64,000 bases of DNA. Source: Tubiluchus corallicola (taxonomy: Eukaryota > Animalia > Priapulida). Each line of letters opens with the position of its first letter. The stretch's first letter is position 1. Shown here in pieces: positions 1 to 13,500 of the stretch. The notes under the pieces were generated by a model. That model was not told where the DNA came from, did not search any database, and saw nothing but the letters and a program-made list of their open reading frames with translations. Position numbers and translations under genes: made by a program. The DNA is taken from NCBI GenBank assembly GCA_030141605.1, contig JAQGDQ010000002.1, positions 1,798,001-1,862,000 on the forward strand, read 5' to 3'.

Positions 1-949
1 TTACACGCTCAACTCAACTTAAGATCGCTCTGGCATCTCTGTAACGGTTTTTGCCATGTTTAGGCTGAAAGAATGCTTTCTCGTTGTCTATGAAATGATA
101 AGCCCACAAGATTGTTTGCTACCCATGCAGCCACGAAGACTGCCATGAAAATGCATAGTCACTCACCAGCTTGCTATGCGTGAAGAGTTAAAAGACAAGA
201 AAACTCTCCCATGACAATAATGCAAGTATCATAACTTTGTACAGAAAGTTTTTGACACACTCTTTAAAATTCTTTTCTTCCCTTTTAACTATGGGAAATT
301 CTTGCACAATGACTTCATGATTTTCACTTAAACTCATAACGTGAAAGAGTATTTCAGGGAGTATCCATGCATCACGTAGCTAGAACGTATCAACGTGGCA
401 GATTACCAATCAGAATTATATTTTCAATGATTTTATTTTATGGCAGATAAATTTTGCAGAATTCTATAGTAAGACTTCTTCTTAACACATTCTAGTGAGT
501 GGTTTTAAGCTATATCACACAGTGAAAGATAGCTATTACTAATGACAGGTGAAAAGTTTATTGCATGAGACGAGAGAACTTTCAACAGAATTCTAGCTTC
601 TACCCCATCAACACCAGCACCCCCATTAACAGAGCTCTGTTAGCTAAAAAATTAGCATGTCTGATTGTATGTAAAACTAAACAGGTGTCTTCGTGAACCA
701 TTATTGGTGTTAAAATAATTTGTCACACTTTTCTCACTCTAGAGCAACTTACAGCGCAAATCGAACAGCAAGTGCCAAGCATTTTATAACCTTTCAGTAG
801 ATATTCTGCCATACGCTTGCTAATCTGATCACTGCGTTCACGTCGGGCTTGTATCAGTTTTAACTCAGCGTCTGTTGGTGGCTGCCATTCATCGTCACCC
901 ATTGTTTGCCTTTCTGTAACGAAGAAATATACTCATAATAGATTACAAT

Positions 950-1121
950 CAGGGCCGGATTAAGAACTTTTGGAGCCCATAAGCTAATGATATTAAGGGG
1001 CCCCTAAGACAAAGCCACCCTTTAACTTGTCCGTACCGTCTTGAATATTTTTTACTTGGGGTATATTTTAGCAACATTTACATAGTAAAGTCTTTCAATA
1101 CTGTAGGACCATCCTGCCCTG
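950..1121. mobile_element. 172-bp hAT-type MITE
   Basis: TIRs CAGGGCCGGAT (950) and ATCCTGCCCTG (ends 1121, 1 mismatch), flanked by a perfect 8-bp TSD ATTACAAT (942-949 and 1122-1129). Confidence 0.85.
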
Positions 1122-1785
1122 ATTACAATACATTCTTACTGTATATTTTAGTCTAAGTGTGACTGCTGTAGGTGAATATTCCGAATGTTTTAATTTCGTT
1201 CTTGTTTTCACATAGTAATTTGTGTGTGTGTTATCAAGAATCACTCCCACTTTTAATAGCCGCAAACACTTTCAAACTATTTTCTACATAAAAAAAAATC
1301 ATGGATATTAATGGATATACTAATTTTTTGGAGTTTTGTTTGTACAGTTAACACATAAAGATGTTACACTTAAAAAATGATACAGTCAAATGGAAAAAAC
1401 ACAGCAGCACAGCAAGCAGGAACAGAGAAACAGCAATGCAGAAACATAGAATAGAATGCAAAATCTATAGAGATACACAGATAGTGGATTTGCGGCAACA
1501 GCACTAGTTTTGTGGCTCGTGAATTTTTAATACCTAAATTTGCAGATTTTATTTGAAATTGCAGCATGCATGTAAGGTCAGATTTTCAATTGTTTGCAGA
1601 AAAAGTTTACAAAATACCATTTTTTGTTTTCTGATGACACGGTTTGTGATGTGGTGTGACATCATGTGGTTGGCATAGCATTGTATGATGCAAGCATGTA
1701 CTTCTTCGTGACAATATGTTAACTTCATCAAAATGAGGGCTCTAACACAAGGCTGTGCTCTCAACTTGTGAATGTCATGCTACTG

Positions 1786-4533
1786 CAGGGGTGTGCAAAC
1801 TGCGGCCCGCGGGCCGCTTGCGGCCCGCTGACAGATCTTGTGCGGCCCGCGAAGAGGTTTGTCAACCTAATGAAAGTGCGGCCCGGGCGATGAATTGAGT
1901 CGCAAGTATTAGGAAGATGTTTCTAACTAAAGTCCATGCCATGATCGGGTTTAATGATCGCAGTTCTAATGGTGAACTCTTACGAGACGATTGACACTGT
2001 CGGACATGATGAAATTTTACGATACTTACGTAGAACACAAAACACGACGTAAAATCACAGAACATGACAAACTATCACTGAAGCCGCCATTGAAACGCAC
2101 AAACATGCAAGAATTGTGAGAAGCAATCTGATTGGCTGATAGAAATACCAACCAGCCAATCACTATGCTTCTATTATCAGGCCGGCAGATCAGCTCAGTC
2201 GTCTTCTTGGTAAAAATAGGCAGAATTTTTTCACTTAGTTATTTTACAAAATAAATTATAAATAAAATTGTACATGGATAAAAAAAAGAGAAAAATCGAA
2301 GAGCGTCGAGTGTTTCAAGACAGATGGATGAATGATTATTTCTTTATTGAACAAAAAGGTAAACCGACATGTCTCATTTGTGGCGATAATGTTAGTGTCC
2401 TAAAAGAATACAACTTGAAGAGGCACTATGAAGCAAAACACAAAGATGGAAAGTATGGAAATTTAGAAGGAGATAAGAGAGCAGAGAAAATCAAGAAATT
2501 AAGAAGCGTCCTCTGTGGTCAGCAAGGTATGTTTCACAAGTTACGAGGGAAAGGAGAAAACATAGTACGAGCTAGCTATGTGGTTTCGTATCAAATTGCC
2601 AAGCGTATGAAACCATATTCCGACGGCGATTTTGTGAAAGAATGTCTCAGTGAAGTGTCATCTGTTCTGTGTCCAGAAAAGGCAAAAGACTTTGAGAAGA
2701 TAAGCTTATCCCGATGGACAGTTGCGAGAAGAATTGATGATATGGCAGAAGACATATGTGAAACACTGAAAGATAAAACGAGTAAGTTTATTGCGTGGAG
2801 TTTCGCTACAGACGAGAGTACCGATCGCAAAGATACAGCTCAACTGGCCATATTTATAAAAGGCGTAGACAAAGGCCTAAATGAGGTTGAAGAAATGTTG
2901 TCTCTTCAATCTATGAAAGGTACCACTACTGGGGCTGATCTTTTTCTTGAAGTGAAGGAGGCATTTGGGCGCTTCGATCTTGACTGGAGCACCCTTTGTG
3001 GTATGGCTACAGATGGTGCACCTGCTATGTCGGGAAAAAATACAGGCCTTGTGGGACAAATTAAATCGGAAATGAAAGAGAGAAATCTGAACTCAGAAGA
3101 ACTTGTAGTATTTCACTGTATAATTCACCAAGAAAACTTGGCTGCAAAAGCCTTCGTCTACAAACATGTTATTGGTCCAGTCGTACGAGCTATCAATTTC
3201 ATCAAAGCCAGAGGATTGAATCATCGACAATTCCAGCAGTTTCTCACTGATTTAGAAGCAGATCATCAGGACCTCGTCTACTTCTCGGAAGTTCGTTGGT
3301 TAAGCAAGGAGAAGATGCTCAAACGCTTCTTTGATCTAAGAGAGGAGATAAAGATGTTTCTAGAGCTGAAGGGAAATCCAATGGAAGAACTGGATGATAA
3401 AGTGTGGGTGTGTGATCTTGGCTTCATCGTAGATGTGACGACGCATTTGAATGAACTGAATACTAAGCTACAAAAAAGAGGTCAGTACGTAAATGAGATG
3501 TATGGACACATCAAGTCATTTCAAAACAAGATGAAACTGTGGATACGACAAATGGAAAACAATGACCTTGCTCATTTTCCCTCTCTCAAGCAAGTTGGAA
3601 TGTGTTGTGGGAAAGCAGCAGAGTTTAGTAAGCAGTTTCAGAAACTACAGAATGAGTTCCGATTGAAATTCGAAGATTTCAAAAGACATGATGATTCCAT
3701 GAAAATCTTCACCGCGCCCTTCCATGCTGATGTCGATGGCGCACCTACAGACCTTCAAATGGAACTGATTGAATTACAAGAGCGTGAAGATCTGAAGGCA
3801 CATTTCCAGGATAGTGTTCACATTGGGGACTTCTACAGAAAGCACTTGAAGGAGGCTTTGTTTCCTCATCTGCATAAATTTGTCGCAAAAAATATGGCAT
3901 TGTTTGGCTCCACCTACGTTTGTGAGCAGTTCTTCTCAAGAATGGGGATTATGAAGTCTCCATTCCGCTCTGTGCTAACCGATGAACACCTGGAGAAAAG
4001 TTTGAGAGTTTCAACGTCATCAATTCCGCCAAATCTTGACAAAATTGTAGCATACAAAGATCGGCATCATGAGTCACATTAATACGCACTGTACTACAAT
4101 GTGCATTGCAATAAAATCACCACTATGTGACATGAAAGTTGAAATCTGTGGTTTTAATATAAATTTTAATAACTTCTAGAATACTTTCCTCAGTATACCA
4201 TAGTAGTAATTATGCGCGCATATCGGATGCAAAAAAATCACTATTAGGTATTTCTGATCTTGGCTCCTTGACCAAACTGTATGCGGCCCGCAGGAAAGTT
4301 TAATGTGGCCCGCCTAGTCAGGTAATTTGCTCAAACTGTATGCATCAAAAAATTATTCTGTAATGAAATTTGCACATGTATATCCCGCATTATGAAATTT
4401 CTTAATAATATTGCATTTATTCATATTTATATTTATATTTACTCAAATGGAAAATTATCTGTATTTTAATGCTAATTGTAATGATGCAATGTGGAAAATG
4501 AATAAAACTCTTGAAACTCTCTTGAAACCCCTG
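1786..4533 (+). mobile_element. hAT DNA transposon, Buster/SPIN-like
   Basis: Left TIR CAGGGGTGTGCAAAC followed by GCGGCCCGC subterminal motifs, which recur at about 4283-4312. Right end ...ACCCCTG at 4533. Candidate 8-bp TSD TGCTACTG (1778-1785) / TGCTAGTG (4534-4541) has the central TA typical of Buster elements. Confidence 0.8.
2274..4082 (+). CDS. hAT transposase (GTF2IRD2/SPIN/Buster-like), intact ORF
   Basis: BED-type zinc finger CLIC...LKRHYEAKH; catalytic motifs DESTD, TDGA, HCIIHQ (CxxH), EVRWLS and CEQFFS; C-terminal dimerisation region. First ATG is at 2274 (the ORF track starts at an upstream TTG). Confidence 0.92.
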   Translation: MDKKKRKIEERRVFQDRWMNDYFFIEQKGKPTCLICGDNVSVLKEYNLKRHYEAKHKDGKYGNLEGDKRAEKIKKLRSVLCGQQGMFHKLRGKGENIVRASYVVSYQIAKRMKPYSDGDFVKECLSEVSSVLCPEKAKDFEKISLSRWTVARRIDDMAEDICETLKDKTSKFIAWSFATDESTDRKDTAQLAIFIKGVDKGLNEVEEMLSLQSMKGTTTGADLFLEVKEAFGRFDLDWSTLCGMATDGAPAMSGKNTGLVGQIKSEMKERNLNSEELVVFHCIIHQENLAAKAFVYKHVIGPVVRAINFIKARGLNHRQFQQFLTDLEADHQDLVYFSEVRWLSKEKMLKRFFDLREEIKMFLELKGNPMEELDDKVWVCDLGFIVDVTTHLNELNTKLQKRGQYVNEMYGHIKSFQNKMKLWIRQMENNDLAHFPSLKQVGMCCGKAAEFSKQFQKLQNEFRLKFEDFKRHDDSMKIFTAPFHADVDGAPTDLQMELIELQEREDLKAHFQDSVHIGDFYRKHLKEALFPHLHKFVAKNMALFGSTYVCEQFFSRMGIMKSPFRSVLTDEHLEKSLRVSTSSIPPNLDKIVAYKDRHHESH

Positions 4534-6184
4534 TGCTAGTGTGAAACTTCGTCCAGTGCAGGTAAAAAAATAGTTTACAGTGGTGCATAATAAAAGAGAC
4601 TGACGTATCTCCAAACTCCTCAAGGTAGGGGCTCTATACCCTACACAGAATTAAATATTCAGTCGAGTGCCTTACTCCAGTTTAAATCGAGCATTATGGC
4701 ACTCCTGAACAGGTTGAGAGTACTAAGTTAGACTTTTTCGTAGTGTGGACACTTTCAGTCTTTTTACTAAATAAGTGAGTTTTAACTTACTTTTACCGTT
4801 TGTGCACCACGTGTCAATATAAAAATATCTATGAGTAGAACGTAGATAATAATATTACTACGTAATTATATATGGGATGGAACTACAAAAGTACGAAAAT
4901 TGAAAATCAATCAAATTTCATATACCATAGTGATTTCCAGTTACATTAACGGACACATCCGGCAAACGCCAATCATTCAGTGGGCGGTAAAGCTGGCAAA
5001 TTCTTGCATTGTTTGCTTGTTCAAATTTCACAACGGTTTTTGAAACAATAAACTTTCTGTCGAAACGAAAGTCCGGATCCTTTCAACTTTAACTGAGGCT
5101 GTGTTTTTATACAATGCTGAGCTAAAGACAGTAAAAGTTAAACAGCAGAAGGAAATTGATACTCTTCAATGACGTCTTTATAGAATATTGTTAGGTATTA
5201 AAGGGTCCGACAGAATATTCATGATGATCTGTACGATGTGGTCATGATAATCCTAAGAACTAAACAAATGCAAGAAGACTGCATTGGTATCATTTAGGCA
5301 TGCACTCAAATTACGTCAAGAGTCTGCTCTTTTTATAGCATTGCATAAAACTCTTGAGACGACGGAAAAGCCAAGAAGGGGTCAGCTACTGACCTTTATA
5401 GATATATTGCAAAAGATTTACTGCAAAGATTTACTCTAGATTTGAGAGATGATGCATCGTGGGCAGTTGCTGTGGACAAGAATACGTAGCACCAACAGGC
5501 AGGATAATGCAATGTTTTAGAACATAGCAGTATCTAGACGATGACAAAGGCGGGCAGTATGGGACGGTATGAAAAAGGCCATACATCATGATCCGAAAAA
5601 AACACTACCACAATTGAAAGTTGAATCTTACCATACTAGTACGATAAAGTATTGTTGTGTAATTCGGTACCAAGCGCCTGTAAGATCTACTATAGGAATG
5701 GCAAAAAATAATAATAAATTTACCCCTACTACCCCTACTGTAACAGAACTGCTGTTGTAGCTTCCATACTGCTGTATTTATCTTAGTTTGCCCAACTACA
5801 TAATTGTGCACGTGATATAAATTTATTTAGAGCTACTTTTACTTAATTAATAATTTTGTGAGAGATATGATGATTTAGTTAGGCCCTAGCTATTAACTAA
5901 AAACTATTAATTAGATCGTAATGGTCGTTTTAAATTATGTGGTCACTAGTAACAAACTTTTAATATCAATTCAAATTTAGAAGTGTCTTACCTAAAGTAA
6001 CTACCATAACACAACCCCAATTAATGCTATATATATACTGATATACTGATATATATATATGTATAGAGTATACTATAGTACAGGCAAATGTTTTAGATGT
6101 AAGCTAAACTATAAGTGCAACGAGAAATTCAAGACAATTACTATTAACATACAGTTCTCTATAATAAAACTACATGCAATATCT

Positions 6185-6208
6185 TTCTCTCCTTCCCCCT
6201 CTCTCCCT

Positions 6209-6301
<93 letters not shown>

Positions 6302-6302
6302 T
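6185..6302. repeat. (CT)n-(CA)n compound microsatellite
   Basis: Visible directly in the sequence. Confidence 0.95.
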
Positions 6303-7412
6303 ACAAAATTATCGTACACATATATATACTGTACATTTTCCATGTTTTTCATCTCTATTTATACGCTGCAGTGACTTGCAGTGAACAAACGTGAGAACGT
6401 GTTTTATACCATCAAGGTGGGTGAGGCTAAACACGGCTTGCGATCTGTGTATTGAGTATTTTTTTCGATGACTTGCTTGTCAATTTCATGTAGTCCATTA
6501 AGTATATAAGACTTGTACATTTTTGGGACTCACTGACAAATTGCTACTACATGTGTGCACATTCGTAATTGTAGTGACGATATAAAAGATATGGAGGGGA
6601 TGATGGATGAGGTATTCATTGAGCACCTTAGCACAATAAATTGTTGTTCTATACTATTATTCGTTTTTTACCCATCTTGAAAACGTTAATTTACATGTAA
6701 TTTTCTTTACATTTGCAGCATCCTTGCTACAAAGGATTATTAATCTATTTCACTCGAAATTATCTTTGGTTCCAACACTGTAGTTGCAAGCAATTGTTTA
6801 TATTGAAGCGGCACTGGCTCTGATGAAGCGAAGAGGTCTTGAAGTTAAACTGAACAACAAGAAATAAACAAATAAGTTGAGAAAAGAAACGCATAAGCGG
6901 TGTTTACCAGAATGTGTATGCATTATTGCACAAAAATCACTTTAATAATTGTTTTCAATGAACATGGCAGGCCTCGTTAATGCGGCATTTTTCTGCAAAT
7001 ATTTGCTATTGATTTTTATATGCAGCTTGATACGCAATAACGCGTTTCCGATGTCTGGTAAACAGTAACGCCACTTAACGCAATTGCAAAAATCTCTGGC
7101 AGGAACTTGCCATTATGATTGGTACAAACAGGCTGCAGGGAAGACTGCAATGGCCACGCATCACCTGTTTCGCCTGAGTACAATAATTGGTGTAGTAATA
7201 TTACCTTGTCCTTATCCAAGAATACTTTATCCAAAGAAATAAGGACCTAGATGGTAACAATCTTTAAACGGTCCTCTCTCATATGCTTTTGAAACTGACA
7301 ACCGATGAAGCACTGATGGTTGATGATGAAAGATGATTCCATGGTTGAACTACACGATGCCCAAAGAAGTGTGGTTTGATGCTGGTTCTAACTGGTTTCA
7401 CAAATAACAGAC

Positions 7413-7670
7413 TCATGACCACAAAGAATTCTGTGAGGCCTGGAAAAAGTTTGTCTCACTCAGAACAGTATTTCCACTAATTATTTTGAAGCAGTTCACA
7501 AGGTCTACAGTCTCACGCCTTTGCTTGAGAGCAGAAATTGAAGTGGGATCCTTATTCAACAGCAAGACAAGTGCATCTATGCTGAGATCTGTCGAGAGCA
7601 TTTTTGTGTGTTGCATACTGGGATGACCATACAATCGTCGCATATTCCACAAAGATACGAACAACAGCTT
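7413..7670 (-). mobile_element. Degenerate CR1/L2-type LINE RT C-terminal fragment
   Basis: Translation includes ALKQRRETVDLVNCFKIISG, resembling the L..RR...DL...YKI motif; frameshifted. Confidence 0.55.
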
Positions 7671-7725
7671 TATAGAGAGGAATAATTACTGCTGCTTTTC
7701 TCGATATCACACACCAAAATTAATA

Positions 7726-7923
7726 TTAACTGCAAATAATGGGCATCTTAAGAAAGATTCAAGCTCATGTAAAATTGAGGGTTATGCTGTTATAAATGCA
7801 AAAGTGCAAAACGATTTGAAGGTGATGGATGATGGAAATGAGGAGTATGTAAAAATTAACCCAGTTCCTGCAGTTGAGGATTATCAGTTGCAAGATTTTC
7901 AACATTCCTGTAAGTACTGTATG
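7726..7923 (+). pseudogene. Diverged duplicate of the 3' part of exon 1 of the BTB-jacalin gene
   Basis: Collinear with 10652-10849 (ANNGHLKKDSSS...EDYQLQDFQHS versus ANNGHLKEDSSS...EDYHLQDFQHS), with the same phase-1 GTAAGT donor after 7909. Confidence 0.8.
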
Positions 7924-8709
7924 AATCAGCTGTGTCGGTAAATAATATGGAGAGTGGTGGTATACAAGTACTGTACGAGGTGTGTAACTACGTTTAGATA
8001 TGCTTGAACATCGTAACAATCTGATACAGCAAACAGTTGACCCTGCAAAAGCGAAACGTCTGCTTGTCGTGAAGACAGCAGGTCGTGGGGAATCAAAGGA
8101 GCTCGCCCAATGAACTGGCTAATTCACCGATGAACGAGGATCTTTGTTATTGCTGGTTTGCATACGGTGTGGGTTGCTGGCTGCTGCGGCGAAATTTCGA
8201 AAATATTCGAATCTTACTTAAACTTTGTTAATTATGTTCTTAAGTTTATTAGTATAGTAGGTAAAGCAAAATACGAGCATTTTCCTATAAAGTCATCAGT
8301 GGTAATTAAATTTTACATAGTTGTGATTTACGTGATAAATCTAAATTATTTCTACAATACTCGCACTAATATCAGAACCCACTTTTTCTTCTCTTATTGT
8401 GGGCCTTTGGAATTCATTTAAAAGTGAAATTGTTGAAGCATTAAATCTGGCTCGATTTCGAAAATCGTTGGGGGAGAGACTGTCAAAAAGCCTTAGTAGA
8501 TTTCGGAAGGAAGTTTGAAAGTTTTGTTTAATTTTACAAAATTAATGATGATTCAGGAAGATTATCCGACTTTTAACTGAGGTGTGTGGTGGTTAATATT
8601 ACGAGCTATATGTAAGAAATCGTATCTTAGAAGAAACAAACTAACATAAATATGTAGGAGATTGAATAACAGGAAAGTGTGATTATTCAGTGAATAACAG
8701 GAAAGTGTA

Positions 8710-9966
8710 AATTTTTGGTAGGGGACTCACAACATGGATTTATATGAGACTGGTCATCTTAACCAACCTGTTAGCTTTTTTGGATGATGTTACACGGTCC
8801 ATCGATGAAGGTAGCCACTTGGTGCTATTTACTTAGACTTTGCCAAAGCTTGATAAAGTACTACATCAAAGGATTTTAAAGAAGCTTGCTGTACATGGTA
8901 TACCATTATCGGGGGCAGTTGGCAAATGGATTGAATGTTGGTTGACTGGGCGGAAACAAAGAGTAGTTATTGATGGACACATGTCATCATTTCTACAGGT
9001 CAAGAGTGGTGTTCCACAGGGGTCTGTTCCCAGTCCACTACTCTTTGTAATTTTCATCAATGATATTGAGGCATCTGTGCACAGTAATTTGATTAAATTT
9101 GCCAATGACACAAAAATTTATAGAAAGGTACCATCTGAGCATGAAGCTAGTGAGTTGCAAAGTGATTTAGATGAATTATGCAGGTGGAGTGTGGATTGGC
9201 AGATGATTTTTAATGTCGATAAATGCAAGGTCATGCGCTTTGGATACAACAACCCTGGTAAAGAGTAGTAGATGAATGGAGTACAGTTCGCATCCTACAG
9301 ACAAGAAAAGGGTTTGGGTGTGACAGTAACTAATGACTTGAAATCTGCAAGCCAGTGTGCTGAGGTGGTGAAGAATGCTAATCAAACATTAGGAATGATA
9401 AAAAGACAGTTTGTATGTAGAGACATCAGGGCAATCATGAAATTGTACAAGAGCTTGGTAAGACCTAAATTAGAGTACTGTGTACAAGCCTGGAATCCCC
9501 ACTATAGAAAAGACATTAAACTTCGAGAGGGTGTGCAATGTAGGGTGACCAGCATGATTGAAGGTATGGAGGAAATGTCATATCAAGAGAGGCTTAGAAA
9601 ATGTTCACTTACAACCTTAGAGTTGAGGAGAGATTTGATACAAATGTATAAAATTATGCATAGGTTAGGTGGCATTGAAAGAGAAAAAATGTTTACACTG
9701 GTAAGTGATGACAGAACCAGGGGGCATTCTCTAAATTTTTTTAAATACAGAGCTAAATTGGATTGTAGAAAATATTTTTTCACGGAAAGAGTGGTTAGAG
9801 AGTGGAATCAACTTCCGTCTGAAATTGCTGAAGCTTCTTCAGTGAACAAGTTCAAGAACAAGCTGGATAGATATTTAGATACGAAATATGGGGTTACAAT
9901 GAGCTTGCTCGATTTACCTTTATCACTCTTATATTCTAAGAGTGGCGGTATGGTATAGTATGGTAT
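8710..9966 (+). mobile_element. 5'-truncated CR1-clade LINE (decayed RT)
   Basis: Motifs SQHGF, IYLDFAKA, WLTGRKQRV, SGVPQGSV, KFANDTK, FNVDKCK, LYKSLVRPKLEYCVQAWNP and FFTERVVREWNQLP; stops and frameshifts; short GTATG/GTATA repeat tail at about 9947-9966. Confidence 0.9.
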
Positions 9967-10582
9967 TCATTAAGTATGAGCAAAAGAGAAGAAAGCTAAA
10001 TTGTCACTATATGGCAAGAGAATTGTCTTGGATCAGTTAAAACGAAGTTAGTGAAGAGTGTATAAAGATTAGAATATTCTTGTTTGAATCACTAGTATTG
10101 TCATCATTAATACTGATGTCTGGGGTCGAATCAGTGAAGAACAATGGAATGAAATTGGAAGTTAACTAGTTTTGTGTGACCACTGCTGGGTTCTCTGAAT
10201 TCTTTTTGCTTTCTTTATGAATGTCATTTCTAAATGCTTAAAATGAGACAATGAAACATTTAATCAGTTTTCTAGATCAATGATTTTGCTAATTATATTA
10301 ATAGGTTTAACCACTGTCGACAGTTGTAAATGTAAAACCACTAAAAAGCCTTGCTTTTTGTGCAAATTATTAACACTATGCAGCTGTTTTACTTTTTTGT
10401 TTAAGCAGGTCAACTAAAACATCACTGCAAACTCTAATGGGAGTTGACGGAACTGAGCTCAGCATAAGCCTTTTCGGATGCACCAATTTGATCTTGTTTA
10501 TTTAGACAAGACATAGATTACTATTACATTCGTGTAGCTCTTTGTTTTGTCATTATTCTTATTTAGTAGTTCATTTGCTACA

Positions 10583-13500
10583 ATGTTGCCTAGTTCAAAT
10601 GATGAAAAATCTGAGGAAGAAGAACATAATAGTGCAACTATTGGCATTTCTTTAATTGCAAATAATGGGCATCTTAAGGAGGATTCAAGCTCAAGCAAAA
10701 TTGATGGTTATACTGTTGTAAATGCAAAAATGCCAAATGATTTGAAGGTGATGGATGATGGAAATGAGGAGCATGTGAAAATGAACCCACTTCCTGTGGT
10801 TGAGGATTATCACTTGCAAGATTTTCAACATTCATGTAAGTGCTGTATGTAATACATATACTTACTGTGTCAGTGTGAACTTTGGGATTATTCAATAACA
10901 AATATATTTGCAGTTAAGATGGTATGAGCGTACTCACTGCTAAGCAGGTTTGCTAGTGTGGATCAATCATGCTTTGATATATAATTTTGAAATATTGGGA
11001 AGGAAAATTTCTTTCAAATTTTTATATATATAAACCAATAAGCAAAGCATATCATTAATAAGCAATATCAAAGCAATAAGCAATATCATATCATTAATAA
11101 GGAACATTAAAGCCATCGTTATGGTTTCTAACAAAGAAGACTGACTGCACTTCGAGTCGAGCATCCCTGGTTTTTACACAGTCCAGCACTAAGTGGCAGG
11201 GTTCATTATTAATATCGAATAGTTGTCGAAAAATCTTTAACCTTTAGTACAACTGCTAACTAAGAGTTAATCAGTCAAAATTTACACTTTTTTAAAGACT
11301 TCTCTAAAAGGCTACTACAAAGCTATTATTAATACTTTGGTTGCATATATTCGCAATTGTATCGCAAGAACTTTAAATAGTTATAATTATAATTTTAATC
11401 ACTGAAACAAACTTCGCGCAAATTTTACGATTATTAGTTGTAATTTTAGGTTCTGCTTTCTGATGTCAGTTATGTAACTGCGTAGCTGTACCTGATATTA
11501 TCAAGCAATAACAACTATGTAGTACTGCTGAAAGCAGAAAATTGTGTGTAAAAAGGGGTTCTTCCTAAACCATTCTTTTAGTACATGTCATTGATATACA
11601 TAGTTGTAAAAACTAAATTGGTTAAGTAATTTGGTTCCTAAAGGTGATCACTGTATTTTAGTTGAACAAATTTGTTGTATATTTTGTTTTAAATTCAAGT
11701 TTTTGTCTTCTAAACAACTGAGCACTTTGAATAATATGTATAATTGCCTTTGGTATATAATCATATTTTAGTTGATAAGTTTTATTTTATTTTTATAAAC
11801 CAGTATAAAATTTTTGTAAACTGTTTATAAATCTAAAATAATACCTTGCTTTATATTCAAAAACTAAGTTGTACTTAGCTTTCTGAGTACAGCTGAAACT
11901 AAGTTGTTCTTAGTTTTTAAATACAAAGTTTTCTGTTTTTATAGATTGTTATGTTTGACAGTGTTACACTGATGTAGCTGGCATGAACAATGTTAAGTTA
12001 CACACTCTAACAGCCTTTATGGTACTTTATATTTATACTTTTTAATAATAATGGTATTTCAGACATTTTTTCTGCCATGCTAATAAATACTTCAAACTAG
12101 GTCGACCTATTGTAGTCATTTGACCATTCATAGAGCAAACAGGAAATAAACAGACTTGGCTCACTTAACAGTACAAAATAGATATCATCTTTTTCAGTAG
12201 CCCAAGTCATCTTCTTTTCTGCAGTGTAAAGCTTTATTTCACTAGTTTGGGGTAAAATCTTGACAATGTATTAATTATCAAGTTACTTTTTCCAAAGGTT
12301 ATAGCAAATTTTTTTAGCAGTAAAAGATTATAAACTATTGGATATGTAACAGTATTGCTTACTGAGTTATTACTACTCACTACCAATGTGTCATCAGAAT
12401 TATCTACTCATAGCAACTTTGTAGTGAGAGTTTAAATGATTCAATTTAGTCATAAGAAGAGAAAAGGGTAACCCCTGGGCCCTGGTGCTAAAACCTTGAC
12501 TTTAATGTGTTGTCATCATAGTCCTACATCAATTAGAAAATTACAAGATAGCAACTTACAATTACAAGATAATTAATTTTTCATGCAGGGCAGAGGTTAC
12601 CACCAAATAAAATATGCATTAAACCTAATATAAACTAAATTTGTTAAAAATCTTCCAGTATACGTTAAATAAATCAAGATTAGTGTGTTAGGTGACTAAA
12701 GGTCTATTATGTATATTGTATATGTATATTATACAGCCACACCATGTATGTAAACTGTATGACAAATAACTAATAATCATCCACAGGGTACAGGATATTT
12801 GGGCGCTGCTGTTTGGGTGTGGAAAAATTTGGTGCGGTCATTTGGGTGTCAGCGTCGATGCACAAGTTGTGTCCAACATGACTTGATCATGTAAAAACAC
12901 CTTATTTCTGTTTTGCACTACAAATCACTAACAGTTTGTGCCTAACAGTTTAAAACTGAATCCTCGTCCATTACCTGATTACCATGGAATTTTTAAAACA
13001 TTTACAGGTTTTGTTTGATCTAACTGAACATTCAATAAGTACTAAACACTCCCTCTGGGACTTCCACGAAATTTTTTCACGAATTTTTTTTTGTACGTGG
13101 TGTTTGATCAAATTTTGCAAGAAAAGAACCAGCAAAATGATTCCTATTTTGACACCCTATACCGCCTTCCTTCACAAAGATTCTTGCAAATCTCTTAGAT
13201 AGTTTTTGCGTAATGGGCTTTCTACCATACAAACAAAAAACAACCATATAAATAGACAACAAACACAAACAAACTGTGTTGAACTAGAACTTCCTTGGCA
13301 GAGGTAAAAATAATTGTCACCGCAGTAACTCTAACCCCAAAAACATATTTTACGAAGTTCATCATTTTTTCCTGTGTCATTTTTACCTTCTTTTCCATTT
13401 GTGCTATTTTTTCCTGTGCCATTTTTTTCTGTGGCATTTTAACCTACTTCTCCATTTGTGCCATTTTTTCCTGTGCCATTTTTACATACATTCCTTTTTA

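Noticed and set aside
1-191. piggyBac-like right end GCGTGAAGAGTTAA
   Set aside because: The left end is outside the window and no partner TIR is visible.
5200-5640. Possible decayed coding sequence (CGH...WYHL, PHD-finger-like)
   Set aside because: Multiple stops and frameshifts; too weak to assign without a search.
6059-6394. SL/ER-repeat ORFs on both strands
   Set aside because: Translations of a (CT)n/(CA)n microsatellite.
8020-8070. CGAAACGTC Penelope-type hammerhead word
   Set aside because: No CTGANGA core at the required position.
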